A DNA stretch of 64,000 nt from Lepidodermella squamata (lineage: Eukaryota > Animalia > Gastrotricha). Every line of letters begins with the position of its first letter. The first letter of the stretch is position 1. The stretch covers positions 992,001-1,056,000 of the forward strand of contig JBLDXI010000017.1 in the NCBI GenBank assembly GCA_047495785.1. Direction: 5' to 3'. The position numbers were made by a program, and so were the translations under genes. The notes under the pieces are model-generated. The model searched no databases. It saw nothing but the letters and a program-made list of their open reading frames with translations, and was not told the DNA's origin. Below are positions 1-16,493 of this stretch, piece by piece.

Positions 1-208
1 TTATAGGGAAGTGGCATCCTATATCCTATCACGCTGAGATACAAAATATTTACGCAAAGCAAAAACCAAAGTTGTATAAAATGATAATCCTAATTAGTGG
101 AAGGGATGTTTATGGTGAAGTTGATAAATTTGGGACATCAACTCGATTCAGTTCCTACTCTTCAAAATGTCCCTGAGAAGGCTTGTTTGTAAACATAATG
201 ACCGCAAG

Positions 209-829
209 TTAGTTTTCGATTTCCTTAGTGAATCTGGCTAGTATTTGAGCCACTCTTGCTGGCCGAAAATCTGGCGATGAGAGGAACCTTCGCTCTAGAA
301 TTTGCGCGGTTTCTTAAGAGAAAAAACAGAAGATTTATCAACCAGGTACTTGAATGTTGTATATACCTTCTTCCAGCTGTTTCACGAAAGCTTGCTTGCG
401 TAGATTTCGAGTCCAAATGTAGAAAGCAGCGCCTTTTTGAACCTGCCTGCATTGATCTTCGTCGAAATCTATCGGGCAAGCCGCAGATGCGAAAAGGTTC
501 GGCAGATCCATTTTTGCTACAATAGACTTGGCAATAACTTTTATCAGTTCACGAATCTCGGCCAGCATTTTTTGCCGGTTTGAGTTGTAAGACGAAAACA
601 CAGCAGGGCGGTTGACCGAGTTTCTGCCTGATGTTTGCGGCGGCAGTGTATGATCCTGTAACTCATCTTCGAGAGCGTCTGGGATTGCTTTCGAAATTGC
701 AGCGTCGATTTTCGTGCGGAATTGTTTCCCGAATGTCAGTCGTGCTTCAACCGAACTTTCAAGAGCCGGAAATTCGCTGCAGGTCACGCACGCAAATGTC
801 GTGACTATTGCTATGATTGCTGCGAACAT
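209..829 (-). CDS. Secreted protein of an unrecognised C-x8-C family, copy 1 (2 exons: 829-367, 312-209; ~188 aa)
   Basis: Hydrophobic signal peptide MFAAIIAIVTTFACVTC. Shared core IAKSIVAKMDLPNLFASAACPIDFDEDQCRQ..AAFYIWTRNLRKQAFVKQLEE. A 54-nt phase-1 GT-AG intron splices in frame to ETAQILERRF..stop. Confidence 0.8.
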
Positions 830-2237
830 TATGAGGGTCAATGTCCCTATTAATCCCTACGAAAAAAAGTTAAATATAAATAATAATAAACTAGACCCAA
901 TGCGGGTTGATAGGAAATGAGTGGGGCAGTAAATTACAATAAATAATTCAGCTATCATCATTCAGCCGGGAACTCTTGAGGTTATACCCAATTTCCGTCC
1001 CATGTAAGCGACGGGGAACCTAAAAGTCCTGGTGAATGTGTGCCATCTATTCTAAATGTTTTGTTTGCTAACCGCGATTCTTCATCAAGCATTGAAGCTT
1101 TCCACTTCATTTAACTCAGATAATTGGCACAATTTTGTTGCGGAAATCGAATTTTACTTGTTATTAATTTGGATAATTTAGGGTGTGCTGGGTTAGTCTT
1201 TGAAAGTTTCTAAATTATCTATAACACGAAAAGGGTAAATATTTTCTAAAAATTAGATATATCTTATCGTCAGAAATTGTGTTTTTTTCTCAGAAAGGCT
1301 ATTTTTGTCATCGAACAAATTTGTTCAGCGGAAATGCATTTTTTGTCATGTTTTCAGGAAAAAGGTAATCGAATAATCATGCAGCTTCCTCGCAAATTTG
1401 CCGCTAATTTTGATGTGGGCGGGTATAAGATTTACTGAGGACTGCAAGGAAGGTGCTATCTCCAGCTGTTCCTAAGATCTTATAAGACCTATCAACACCT
1501 TTCACGAGTCCATCGAAAAATTTCGCAAGATCACGGACTCAATTGACTTAATTCTTCCGATAAAATGTCCGAAACTAGTTGAGGGAGAAATTTTTCATAA
1601 ATTTCGTCCTTCACATTTTATGAGGCTATTGAGGTTGGCTGATCTTCCTGTTTCCCAAAGTTTCAATAACATCGAAAGCATCTCCCATTTTTAAGAAGGA
1701 TAAACACATGCATAGGCTTAAAACTTGGGAATTTTTTGATATAAGTATAGGAGAAAAGCTGGCCAATAGTCATAAAAAAATGGATACGCCATGTTTCCTC
1801 GGATTTCCTAATCTCGCAAATTTTGAACGATGGCGGGAGCTCTCAATAGCCGTAAAAAAACGCACAAAATTATTGCTAGTAAGAGACAATGTACCTATAT
1901 AAATCTCAAAAACCAACCTGAGCAACAACATTGTCCTTTCGTGGCAGGAAATAGCGTTTGAGGATATTGAATTTTTAGCCGCGACATACCGTTAAAGACG
2001 GTGCAAACTTGATTTTCGTTATCAAGATGTTTTTTACTGGTAAACTTAAACGTATCGCTAATATTCTCTTTATTAAATTTTAATTCGCATTATAGTCAGG
2101 AAAAAACAAAATCGCCCTGCGTTTTTTTTTCGATCATGAGACAAAAAAAAGATGTTGATGTGAATTTCATAAAATATGCATGGAAATATTGACATTATTT
2201 TACACGAATTGTACCGATTTTAGGACATCATCAACAT

Positions 2238-2906
2238 TCATTCAAGTTCTCTCCTGTCTGCCGATCTTTTGTCTAAATTGTCGGCTCGATCGCTGGTCGT
2301 CGAAGATGCATCTAGAAGTGTCGACGAGTCAAAATTCGGCAGATTTAGCGGCGATTTTTCCTCGCTTCCTGATGAATTAATTTGACGTAGTAAATGCTCA
2401 AGTCTTCGTGCAGTTTCTAAAAGAAAGAAAAATCAGAAAAAAATAGTTAAAAAATCAGAAAAATTACGGTCTTCGAGCTGTTTAATCAAAGCTCTTTGCC
2501 GAAGATCGCGAAGCCATACGTAGAACGCGCCTTTGCTTTTGTATTGATGGCACATGTCCGGCGTGAATACATCCGGGCAAATGTTGGAGTTGAACAGCTT
2601 TGTCAAATCCATTCGCGACACCATTTGCCGCGCAATCGCGTAGATAAGTTGGCGAATCTGCTGCGGCGAGTAAGCTGTCCCATTCGATTGGCTGTCTGGG
2701 TTCAGGCTATCCTCACCCTGTTTACCGAATTGGCCGATCATAGTGTGCGCGATTCGGGCTAAATTAGCGTCATCTTCGCCCAGCGAGCCGAAATTAGCAC
2801 CTGTTCGCATGAAGCCAGCCGGACGGGCATAGACAGCGGCTATTATTGCTAGGCTAATGTACGAAAACATTGCTATGGCCAAATTCGAACGCAGTAATGA
2901 GACCAT
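2238..2906 (-). CDS. Secreted protein of an unrecognised C-x8-C family, copy 2 (exons 2906-2468, 2416-2238; ~205 aa)
   Basis: Signal peptide ending AVYA-RP. Core IARQMVSRMDLTKLFNSNICPDVFTPDMCHQYKSKGAFYVWLRDLRQRALIKQLED. A 51-nt intron at the same position and phase as copy 1; exon 2 reads QTARRLEHLL...DKRSADRRELE. Confidence 0.82.
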
Positions 2907-3687
2907 TATTCCCAAAAAATTGTCCTATGAAATTGCGCGTAAAGAAATTTAAATTGAATCAAGCCAAGTATAGATGTGAGTAATTTTACTATAATGCAAG
3001 CCACCTACTCTTGTATCGCATATCTCTGGTTAGATATAATACGAGCGCCCACAAAACCGTTGAACCGTATTGATTTGCTGTAATTATTGTTTAATTTAGC
3101 GTATTTATTATAAAGAAATATTTTATTAGATCCTAATCCCTGGAGCATCCCACGCTATTCTTGAATCATTCTAATAATCTAACGAATTATGTGACTGTAT
3201 AAATCAGAGAAAAAATATTTTTCTATGAATAACTGATTTAATATATAATATGAATTTCGCCCTGTCCGGGATTCAGGAGATTCAAGGAAGGCCTTTTATT
3301 CAAAACACAACCCTCGCGATTTATCAAAATTAATTGCGATTTATTCCAAGAAATTTTACGAAATCCGGTTCTTCTTGGAGAACTGCAATTTTTCCGCAAA
3401 TCCCAGTTGGGAATTGCGCAGGCGCGTGATCTATCACTTGCGGGCTGTGGGGGCGACAAAAAACATAATTTAACAATATTGCGCTGAAATCCAGCTGCTG
3501 ACATCTTCAAAAAGTTCATCTCAGAATTAACCATAATTTTACCAAAAAAATAACCTCAATAGGGAATACATGCAACAAGCTGTTTTATATTCCATAGGAA
3601 ATAGAACAAAAAACAATTGAATTAAATCTGGAAAATCACAAATATTCATAAGAAAAATTAGAAAAAAAGAGCTTAACAGCCGATATT

Positions 3688-4169
3688 CTACTCAAGTTTA
3701 TTTGTGATAGATTCAATAGGAATATTATGAAGTGAGTCCAGCTTTTCCAGATTATTAAGATTCGTTACCAGAGCCTTTTCCAACTTTCGCGCAGTTTCTG
3801 ATCATTGAAAAAAAATTGAATAAAATTTTAAAAAATATCGTATTAATTACCCTGTTCAAGCTGTTTAACCAGAGCTCGTTGCCGAAGTTCGCGAACCCAG
3901 ACGTAGAAAGCGCCATTGCTGTCTTGTCGGCACATTTCAGGCGTGAAAACTTCGGGACAAGCGTTTGAATTGAACAGCTTTTGCAGGTCCATTTTCGCGA
4001 CCATTTGCTTCGCTAATCGATTGATGACGCCGCGAAAATTCCCGAGAATCGCGGCATTATTGGCATTGCTCGTTGGCGCAGCAGCTACTGCTGCTGGGTT
4101 ACCTTCGACTTGAAGGAATATGGATGCCAACATGCAACATAATGGTACCCATGAGTGACCGATTTTCAT
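3688..4169 (-). CDS. Secreted protein of an unrecognised C-x8-C family, copy 3 (exons 4169-3851, 3797-3688; ~142 aa)
   Basis: Signal peptide ending QVEG-NP. Core LAKQMVAKMDLQKLFNSNACPEVFTPEMCRQDSNGAFYVWVRELRQRALVKQLEQ. A 53-nt intron at the same site; exon 2 reads ETARKLEKAL..stop. Confidence 0.82.
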
Positions 4170-7100
4170 CTCTTTCGATTTCAATTAAATAACATGATGA
4201 CTATAAAAATTTCAATAAAGTCTGAGAGTTGAAATTTTTAATTATGATGAAAAAATAGCGAAAATATCTAGACTTTTGCGCATTGTTTACCGGAAGTAAA
4301 AAGGGAGTGCCTAGAGAAATCGGATGTTTTCTCACAGGTAAATAGCTGTAAGACAATGCGCGGTTGCAAAATATGTGTACACACTCGGGTAGAAAATCTG
4401 CCATTTATAGAAATAAGATGTATCCTGAAAGGGTGTCGAACTTATCGAGAGTTCACAAATTTGCATTTTCTATGAGCGTGGGCGCGCGCTATTGTCGTGA
4501 AATACGATATATATTTTCAAATAAAAAAAACCACTAAACAGGTGGTTATCTAGTCCTCTCATAAAAGTGCGGTCTATATTTAGCTCAAATCCAATTTACA
4601 ACATAAATTTCATTTTAGTCTATAGCGGTACGATTTTATTAACTTTTCGTACTTCTTTTACAGGCGTAAAAAATCTAGAAAATAGATAAGTGGCTACCCT
4701 GACGTCTGATTGTCAAAAAAATGAGAAATAAAATTGTAGCGATGTCCATAACGTCGCCAACGCTAATTTCCAGTTTAAAAATTGAAATTATTTATTAAAA
4801 ATATCTAACCTATATATTCACGAAGTATCGTTAGTCAAATATTGATAAGGTGCGAGCGAAAAAAATAAGGAAAAAAAATAGAAATAATCACTCATAATAG
4901 TGCAGACTACTTAGGTAAATTCTGTCTGGGTAAATTTCTGGAATTGTTTGCTCCTCGCAAGGTATTTTTGTTAAAATTGGAAAAAAAACAAAGGTGTGTG
5001 CTCTGCGAGCAATTTATTGGGAAGCTATTTGGCCGATAAAAGGCGTGGTTTTTTTGGTTGCCTGCGACACTTTCGCACTTTAGCGACCTCCTCTTCCTCC
5101 TCCTCGGTGCGCGCACAGGGTGATCTAATGGCCCCGGTACGAAAAATCGAGAAAACAGTTTCTATGTGTCGTAGGCGATAGCTCGCTTATATAAGTGTAG
5201 CGAGGTGGAATTTAATAAAAATCCATGGACTGTACGTTTTTTTCCGAGCCTTGAAATTGTCAAATGAACTTGGAAAAATTTGGAACTGTGATTCGATGCG
5301 GTATTTAAGCATTTATTGCCTCCCACACCTTCACGGCAACAAAATACTTGGAAATTTTATTTGGTCTCAAGTGGCCGAATTACAGGTTTGAGTGGACAAA
5401 TTCGACAGGTTTCACGGTTTTATCAATGGCGTGTGAAAAAAGACATGGAATCACGTGCTGCTATCGGAACGATCGGCAATCGGTAAGCATCGCACGGTCA
5501 TTCAATTCAGGCTAAATCGTATTATTATCACACGCAATTTGCAGATAAATTCCTTTGAGCTCCCCTCGATTTTACGGTTTCATCCGCTAAGGCGTCATTA
5601 TTACTCCCTATTTTTAGGTCATATATATATATATAGGCGAGTGTAGGCGGTTTAAATCCTCGTGATTTTTTATTGCTAAATATTTTCTGTCCCATTAAAC
5701 ACAATCAATTGACGGCAATTATCACCAGACATTCAACGGCTATTAAATTGAACCCGGTGTTTTTTATTGAACGCGCAAATTATCGATGAAAGGACACGTT
5801 AAACGTAAAGCATTAAAAATCATTGAAGCGAACAGCTCTAATGGACTTGGCTGGTAATTATGCCGAACGGGGTCTATTGAAAGGTAGATAGCTATTCGGC
5901 GATTGAATGGGCGTTAATTTCAAGTCATTAAAGCAACAAATCGTTTAATGCCTTTGATGTTAGCCGCCGGTTTTTCGGTCATCAATAGAAAATTAGCAAG
6001 GAGTGGGCGTATTCAAGCATGACAGCACCACGCAGCCAGGACCCTGTAAAAATTTTTATTGCTGGAATAAATTCAAAAAAATCGAAAAAAATAATTTTGA
6101 CATTTGCTGAAATGTCACTGCTGAAAAGTCGTACAACCTTTTTTGAAAATATTTAATTTTGAATAAATAGTAAATTAATCTTATTATAATTTCTTTATTT
6201 CGCTTGAATGGAAACTAATCGGATACTTCAGCCAGGTCACGACTTCTCTTCATTTCACTTAAATTTTATAAATTAAATGATGAAAAAAAATTAAGGAGTT
6301 TTTTTTATAATAATCTTAAACTGGCTGTTAACCATTATCACCGTGTGCATCATTTAATACGCCGCTGGTGGTGACATTTATTTATATTGTTATCACATTA
6401 TTATCAGGCTTAACTTGGCGCCAAATTCACCGTAAATTATTGCATAGATAAAGAAGCGCGCATATATGCGGCATGTTTTCTTTCAAGTCGCGCGCGCGCG
6501 CCACTTATAAATGAAATCAAATTTAGTAGACACAGTTTACAAAACACGCACGCTTATGATAATCGTCCATAATCTTTCAAATTTTTAATTCTCAGGTATC
6601 ATATCGTCATCATTAAAATAGACGCGCGCACGCGCTAAATAGCGTTAATGATGTCAAAACATGTACATTTTATTGCGCTCTTTTTTATTGCCCGCGGGCG
6701 CAAAGCTGATAAATAACAATATCATATACAGCCGTGCGCTCGAGTCAATGATAGAGATAATAAATTCGAAATAAACGACCGTCGAATGCAATAAAAGTGT
6801 AATAATTTTTAATGGCCATTTAGCTGCTGGTGGTGTTTAAATGACTACCAGTTTTATAAACACACACGTACACATTTTGGCGACTTGAAATGCGACAATT
6901 TGAAAACGTGTCTGCTGCGATCGTAAAAGTGTTTTTCATCATCATCACCATTATCTTTTTATTATTCGGTAAATTAACCGCGTCGTAAGAGCATGAAAAG
7001 AATTACAAAAATAAATTTAATGCGTGCCAGAAAAAATCGGTACAGTGAAGATCTGGAATAATAAGCCGGATAGATTTTATTCTCCGACGTGTCCGAATTT

Positions 7101-8747
7101 TCCTGGAATGTGTTTTGATTGGCTCATCATTTTCTGGTGGTTTTGTCTGCTCTGCATTTGTTTTTGCAATATTGGTGTACATTATCAAAGCTGTATATAT
7201 AAGATGTGATAACATGCACTTTTATGCATTTTTACGAGTTTATTATTTAGATACTCTTTTTGCTACCGAAGTAGATTATTTTTCGACTTTTAAATGGAAA
7301 ATATTATTTATATAATATGTCAATGATAATAGCGCGCGCGCCCATTATTTTTGCGCGCGCGTTCGAGCCAAGCGCGCACATTACAATAATTATTGCGCGA
7401 AAAGCGCGCTCGAGTGCCGTTAAAATATTAACCGATAATATATAAATATTCCTGGCATTTATATTGCCGATGATGATGATGGAGTTTACCTAAAGTGTAA
7501 TCGCGAATAAATATATCAATTTCATCGCTACATCGGTGCAAAGTTGGCGCGATACCTGGTATATTAAAGATGATGATAATAATATAATAATAATAAAAGG
7601 TACTAGGTATCGATTCTGTGTAATGAATGATAATGACGGGCGATGATCTATTTTCCATATTGCTTTCAATGATCGCCTTGCGCGCAGTTTATCAGCAAAT
7701 TGATCGGCGCTCGGCGAGTCGATCAAAATTCATCTTCGGTTTTTATAAACAGCTTTTTCCGTTGTATTGCACTTCGTGGCGCGCGCCTGTAATAGCAGCA
7801 CTTACGAAACACTTAATAAGTTCCGAAACAGGCGTGCGATAAAAATCGGCAGCACCGGAAAAATATTGTGTTACACGTAGGCCACATGCGCGAGCGCGAT
7901 TTTGTCGATGCCGTTATATATGCTACTGCGGTAATAATAATATTAGCGCTACTCTAATAGACATAAATCAATCTATATTAACCTATTAACGCGCATCATC
8001 ATCGTCGTCATTACACCCGTCACGCTAGAATAAGTAAATAATACAATATATCAATAATTATTCGACCCTCTATTTCAACCGCCGCTCGCGCCACCAAATG
8101 GCCACCGGTTTTTATTACCCGTCCAGTCCCGAACTCGCAAAAAAGCATTAAGGCGGCTACAACAAAAAACCGGATTAGCAGGCCAAGCTGGTGTAGGCGC
8201 CAAATTTATATTCAAGCAATGAGGCCGAGGATCATCATATCAGGAGAATTTTTATTATCAATTAATATTTTTTTCGGTATTCGACAAAAATCGTCTAAAC
8301 AATAATAATATCTGAATTATTAGCAGTTTTTCGTTTGCATACGTGAATAATAACTGCGGGAAAAAATGGACGGTAACAATAAAGACGTTTAAATATACAG
8401 GATTTTTTCGAGGAAAACAACCAATAATCGTGTCAGCAGTTTGTTATACATCGCTACAGCAGGCAAACAATTTTCAGCTAATTTCAAAAAAATTGAGAAA
8501 ATATTGTTAAAATGAGAGGGCTTCATCTCTATATCGTAATAATAAAAGTCGCACTATTTACAATCTGCTGAAGAGATAGTGACAAGAAAATTTGTTGCTG
8601 TTTTTTTTTTGTTTCAAGAATACGCAAGATCGAGAAATTTCGTTTTGAGAACAAGAAAGTTTACATCATCATCATGTGTATGGTACACGAAGGAGCTACC
8701 TTTAAGAATTTCGCGAGTGAGATTTATGTATTGAGGAGATAATTTTC

Positions 8748-10381
<1,634 letters not shown>

Positions 10382-10528
10382 TCTCGATTGAAAAAATCAC
10401 GATTTAAATCAAATATTATCTCTAAAAATTGTTGAGAAAAATTAATTATTGTATAGCGATGGGAATAGATATAATTATTCAGCCCAGGACGTGGCCAGGC
10501 GGAGTAATGATGATTATGATGATGATAC

Positions 10529-10602
10529 TTTTATAACGCATGTGCGCTCATCCGCGAAACGCCATTGGCTGGCGCAAATTGCGCAAGCTCGCACGCCATT
10601 GG
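10529..10602 (-). promoter_or_regulatory. Msx core promoter: TATA box plus two CCAAT boxes
   Basis: TATAAAA on the minus strand at 10529-10535. A 10-bp direct repeat ACGCCATTGG (CCAAT on minus) at 10559-10568 and 10593-10602, 150-220 bp upstream of the ATG. Confidence 0.6.
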
Positions 10603-13600
10603 TCGGCGTGCGAAATTGAATACTAGACCAGTACAAGAAAGATAAATATCTCCGACGTAAAAAAACGAGCACGGTAAGATATAGCGATTATCAAGTGGTT
10701 TTCAAGGGATAAATTAGGCTACAAATAATTTCAGGGAATTTTAAATGATACAGAAAAAGAAGGGCGTTAGTCACAGCTTTATTACCATTCAAAATGCTAA
10801 GCGGAGAAATCTTAGTAAAGATAGAGAAGGTAGCAGCAAGCAGCAAGCAAGTAATCGCGCATTCAAAATTGAGATGGGTCAAATTAACGTAAAAAAATCA
10901 GGTCACACTGGCGAGAGATAGAGCTGAAGGTCGGTCGTAAAGTAATAATTTAGGTCAAGCTATTGAAGTGGGTTAACTTACTAATAAATGCTAGCAATTA
11001 AATTTGGGTTAACAAGAAATCGAAATGAGATGACCCACTGCGTTTGACCGAGTGGGCTATCTGGGAACGATGGCTGTGTCCGGCCGACTACTAATCAGCG
11101 CCGCCTTAATTGCTACACCGCGTCGCGACGGGGCGCCAAGTTTTGGTCGTCTGCGCCGATCGGTTTCGCGGTTCAACGACCGTACTTAGTAATTATTTAC
11201 TCCCGAGCTCCGGATATCCTTGCTCTCAGTCAACAAGCTAATGGTGGTTTTCGGAGTAATTATAAAATCACCACAACGAGCCATCGCGTGTGCGACACAC
11301 TTGCCTATTTGCCGAAGCCCTCGATGACGCGCGCGGCAATGTCGTTATGCGGCGTAACAAAACACAGTATTTATCGTATAATAAGCGATGTCTTCAACTT
11401 GACTTATTGTTGCGGCGAAAGGGGCGCGGTCATCGCGCGAGCGGTATCATTCACGTTACTTTAAACAAAGCGGCAACGATGGATGGATGACTTATAGGTG
11501 GTATTATTAATTTCGGCATAATTTCTGCTCGATTGCCCGTCTAAAGAGGCGAAGAACATAAACGGGCGTAATAATAATCATCGCTTAAGAAAGGGCGCGC
11601 TGGACAAACGAGCAACAAGCGCGCGAAAAAGCATATCATCTTAATTTATACGACACCGCCAGCAAGGTGGGCATCTATTTATTAACAATTCAAGGATTTA
11701 TTTGTTCTAGTAATAACAGCAAAAATGTTAATGTTCAAAGGACTGCGCGCTATCATAATCGCTCATTTTGCCGCCGCTCGCTCACTTTCTGGCCCGCGGC
11801 AGGTTGTGCGGGCAATAAATGATGATGATACTATTATTACACCTATTTAATAATACAACAGCGCGGCCATCCGTTCAAGGTACCTGGCGGCTAACTGGTA
11901 AGAAAGAGCTAAATCCGCCTTAATTGCTGCATAATGATATCGCCATCGAGCTGCAAAATTGTAATAAATTTAATAGTTTGTATTTATTTCTCACAACGCT
12001 CGAGTTCAAGTCATTACTTGTACCTACTAACTACAGGTCAATCGAGTCGTCGAGCGTGACAAAGTCGCTGTGACACCAACGAGAAGAGCGAAACGCGAGC
12101 GATACCTACTTAACAATCATAATTACGCCTGTTGTTGCGAACATCATGTATTTTATTACCTTATTACTTATGCGAAAACACTCGCCGTTTATTAGCCTGA
12201 TGGTCTCATTTCTGCGATGCGATGCGCTTTTATCTCTATTAATAAGGACGAAGACGCTGTGAAAATGATACCTGAGCTGGTACTAAAAACTATTAATTAA
12301 GTATATGGAGCATATTTAGCAATTCGCTGTAACCGATGGATGTGTGCGTTAAAGCGCGCCAATCATGTTAATGAAGGCCGAAATAATAATCATAAAAACA
12401 AAACGTGTATGTAACTTGTTTTGCTAATAAACAAGACAACTTGACATACCATGGCAATAAAAGATAAAGATAGGCAGAATAAGCGATGAAAGGTCTAATA
12501 GATAAATGAGCCAAATTTATTAATTGATTGATTAAAAAGTCCTCCTTAATATTTTTTACCAAGCCTTGGCAAATTTCCACCAGAGAAAAAATTGTATCAA
12601 TGATCAGAATGGGAACACACTCGAACGTATGGCCAAAAATAGTACAGAATGAGGTTATATAAATGGGTCGAAAAGTCAAAAAATGACCGCCGCTAACAAA
12701 TTATATTGTTAAAAATAACAAAGACAGGCTCGTGGAATAAAAATTGGAAAATACATGATCATCCACCTCAAGTTTTTTAATTGTTTTGTAATTGCCTCAG
12801 ACGTCTAAAAAAAACGTGTGCGACGCCTGAATAGCCGAACGCGTGCTCTTTATTGATGCTAAGAACGAGGGTAAAAGGTAAATAGGAAATAATTTAGCCG
12901 ACAAAAGTAGTGCATGAATGATCAAAAGCGAGGTAATTACAGTCATACCGCGTCTAATAACGGGTTGATTCACGAAAACGCGGCTAGGCTGGGCCACACA
13001 AATTGCGTTTTAATAACAACTAAAACAAAGGCGGAATTGAAAATTTATTATTAGGCCGTAATAGTGGTAGTAGAGCTATTACAGGTAATTACCGCGACGT
13101 AAATACTAGGTAATAACGCGCCCTAATTTAAAAATCAAGAAACCGAAACAAATGAGTGGTGCCTAGTCAGTCGTCGAGTCGTTAGCAAATTAGCGAGTCA
13201 GGGAGTGGGTTAAACACATCCTGAGCCAAAGTATCAAATACCCGCTAAATGCGCGCTGATTGACCCAGCATAATTTTCGAACAGGCGCAAAATTTACGCG
13301 CAGCAGACAAGTAACAGAAGCCCCGCATGGGCGAAAATCAAGTCTGGCTATCGAGTCGCGATAGCCATCGAAGTGCCAGCCTGGAAACTAATTACAATTC
13401 GCAGCGGTGTAACACAGCGTACCGTTTATTAGGGGTGTAAAACTTGGCATTAATGAATGTGCTAATAAAACTAAAATTACGATAGGCATTTCCGACTACC
13501 CGATTACACAACCGTAATATTAAGCGGCATTATTTATTATACCTGGCACCCTACGATTATTACCGTTACGAATATAAAATCACCTAAATTAACGTAATTT

Positions 13601-14733
13601 ATAGCTATTAGCAAGGCTAGAAGGCGCGATAAACCAGCCGATAAATAAAATGGGAGAAATTCATCGAAAAGAGCCCGATTACAAAATCGGAGATATATAT
13701 AGCAGTTTGCGGCTGTCCTGTCCTTCGTCTTAAAAGTCCTATGATAACCAATGCGTTGTAACAATCGCCGGTCACCTGATCAATTAGATCGGGAAATAAA
13801 TTAAAATGATGCAACTCAAGGCCAAATGGCGTTCAAAAAGAGACAGCATTGTTTGTAACGCTAATCTTTCAGGACAATTAGCGATGAGTCTGCCCAACCC
13901 AAACCAACAAAGGCACACTCAAAACTTGAGACGTCTCCTTTGGAATTAATTTATTAATAGCTTTGTCTTTGGTGTCTTGAACAATCGAAGACCCTCTAGA
14001 TGATTCTTTTTGGGATAACCTGCGTTATAGGATTATGCCTGATTGTCAGCTATTCAGGTTAATTTTGTGTTACATTGTATTTTTGTTCGTCTTCCGAGGT
14101 TCTTTTTATTTTTTTTGACCTGGATCAAGACTGCATTCCTTATCATTTTTACATGATTTGTATTATCATGTTCAGCTCATCGATAAACGTGGAGTAAAGC
14201 ATATTTTTATCAGTGCTTCTGTTTCAAGGTTTCCACGTGCCGGGTCGAACCCCAAAAACCATAATTGTACCTATTCCGTATGTCCCCAAAGAAAGTAATG
14301 AAAGGTCGGAGATATATCAAATTTTTAGTGATTCGAATAGCGACTCGTAATTCAAGATTCCACCATCCGGGCCGGATCGGGTCATCACATTTGAAAGCGT
14401 GGACAACTCTGATTCAATCACCTGACAAATTTTCTCAATAATTTCTCAACACTGGTTTTTCATCGAGTTCGAAGTTCGAATTTAACTTGTTTAAGGATCC
14501 GCATGCGCTGATTCTTGGCCGTTTCTCAGAACGTAGGTATGGCCAAGGTCTCAGCTATAGCTCTCGATGGCGGCTCCCGATCAGTTGCTAGATCCTATAG
14601 TGAAGATCCTAGTGAAGTGGTAGCGTTGCTTATAATCAGGAATACTTGCAATCACTGATTTGTAATATCAATAGAGGAATCGATATCGGCTCTGCTGGCT
14701 ATAGTATAAGTCGTAAACTGATCGACTGATCGC

Positions 14734-15038
14734 CGGGGTGTGACTGTTTTTATCCGACAACCAAAAATGTGACTAAAATCATCCGACATAAAATTATCGA
14801 TTTTCTCGATTTTCCCGAGTTCGATTTTTTCCGTAGGGGCATGCCCCTTTTACGCACCCTATTTTGGCCCCTGATCCGGCAGAATTTTAGGCGATCCGAG
14901 TTGTCACTTTTTTACTGTAATTTTTTGAAAATATGAAAAAGCAAGTCGGCTGGTTTTAGTCACGTTTTTGGTTGTCGGATGAAAAAAGGAGAAAAAACGG
15001 AAAAAAGGCATTGGTCGGATGAAAAAAGGCTTTTCCCG
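14734..15038. mobile_element. MITE / non-autonomous DNA transposon, 305 bp
   Basis: Termini CGGG...CCCG flanked by the 5-bp direct repeat ATCGC. A 36-bp subterminal inverted repeat, ATCCGACAACCAAAAATGTGACTAAAATCATCCGAC (14752-14787), pairs with 14945-14980. Confidence 0.75.
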
Positions 15039-16493
15039 ATCGCTGACTGCTGACAGTTCAAAATAAGAGAAATAATGAAATAAATCGGCTAGGAATAAAA
15101 TCTTTAGTGAGGCGTGAAATTCGAAAACCCATTTTTTAGGGAAAATCTGGATCTAAATAATCTGGGAAAATGTCCTAAATTTAGCGCACCCAACTCACCC
15201 TTTCCTTTTCAGCTCATCGATATGAAGCAAATTAACGATACGAGTTTTTCGTTGATTTTTTTGGGCAGATTCTTCAGCACCAGCGTCTCATTGCTCATGA
15301 CACGAATCGCGAAGTGCTTTGCCGAAATTCTGAAATATCGATGTTCGAAATTTCACTTGATTCAGTCGCACTCTGAAGACCTCTGAAACACAGCTCAGAT
15401 TTCCGGATACGAATCCCCTTTATCTGCTCCCTTTGAATCAAAAGTCGCAGTTCTCAATTTCCACGTATTTTTATTGATTTTCTCTTGTTTTCTTTTTCCA
15501 TGATTGAAACCATATTTCGATATCGACAGACAAACCGAAACAAAGAGTTACAACTGCGCGATGAATGAATAAATTTGTCAGTTTTTGTCTCGTGAAAACT
15601 CAAGGTAGCTGAAGAGAGGAGTGAAAATTACGTCCTATATAAATGATAAAAAATATACCACTATCACATCTCTAATTTCTGTCATCAAAAACTGGGCACC
15701 TTATAACTGACTTCTATAACGATATTTCGCATATTTTGAATAGTTGAACGATCACATTTTTCGAAACTAACAGCACACAATTGAAATAATAAAATATTCG
15801 GGATTTTTTTTCGTTAAAATAAAGCTTTTACCGTTTATCAAGATAAATTACACAGTTGACAAGACGCGAGGAGGAAAATTACACTGAACAAACAATAAAC
15901 CGGCTGTAGAGGACAACAAACAAAGCCGAGAGAGTCAAGACTATTTTGATTCACCGAGCAGAAATAGAGTGAAAAGGCGAGTGAGAAACAACCAAAGCTA
16001 AAATTCAATAAATATTATTATACCGAATAACTATTTTATGCCTAATATATAAATAGATTCACACATTTTATTTAGAAAAAATGAAGAAACTACATCATGA
16101 CTTTTGTTTATGACACGAGTGATTAGAAGCGTGAGATGCATAAAAATCGTTCATTTTTTTCCTTCATTTCTTTTTCGATCAAATTTGAAGGCAAAATAAA
16201 TACCCTATTATAATATTCGATTTTTTGCGATTCCAGGATTTTTTTTTCAAGATGGATGAAAGCACAATTTCTCTCATATTATATTTCGTATAGTATTTAC
16301 CATTAAAAAATAAGGAGAAGAAACAAACGAACGAGTAAAAATTGGTAGTCTCAAAGTTGAGCGACTAAATCGTCACTGAATAAGATTTTTTCCAACATTA
16401 TCGATCGCTATAAATATATATTTTTTCAATAAAAACCCGATCAAGTAGGATTTTATGATAGTCTCAATAGATTTTCATCGATTTTTCTCAGTC

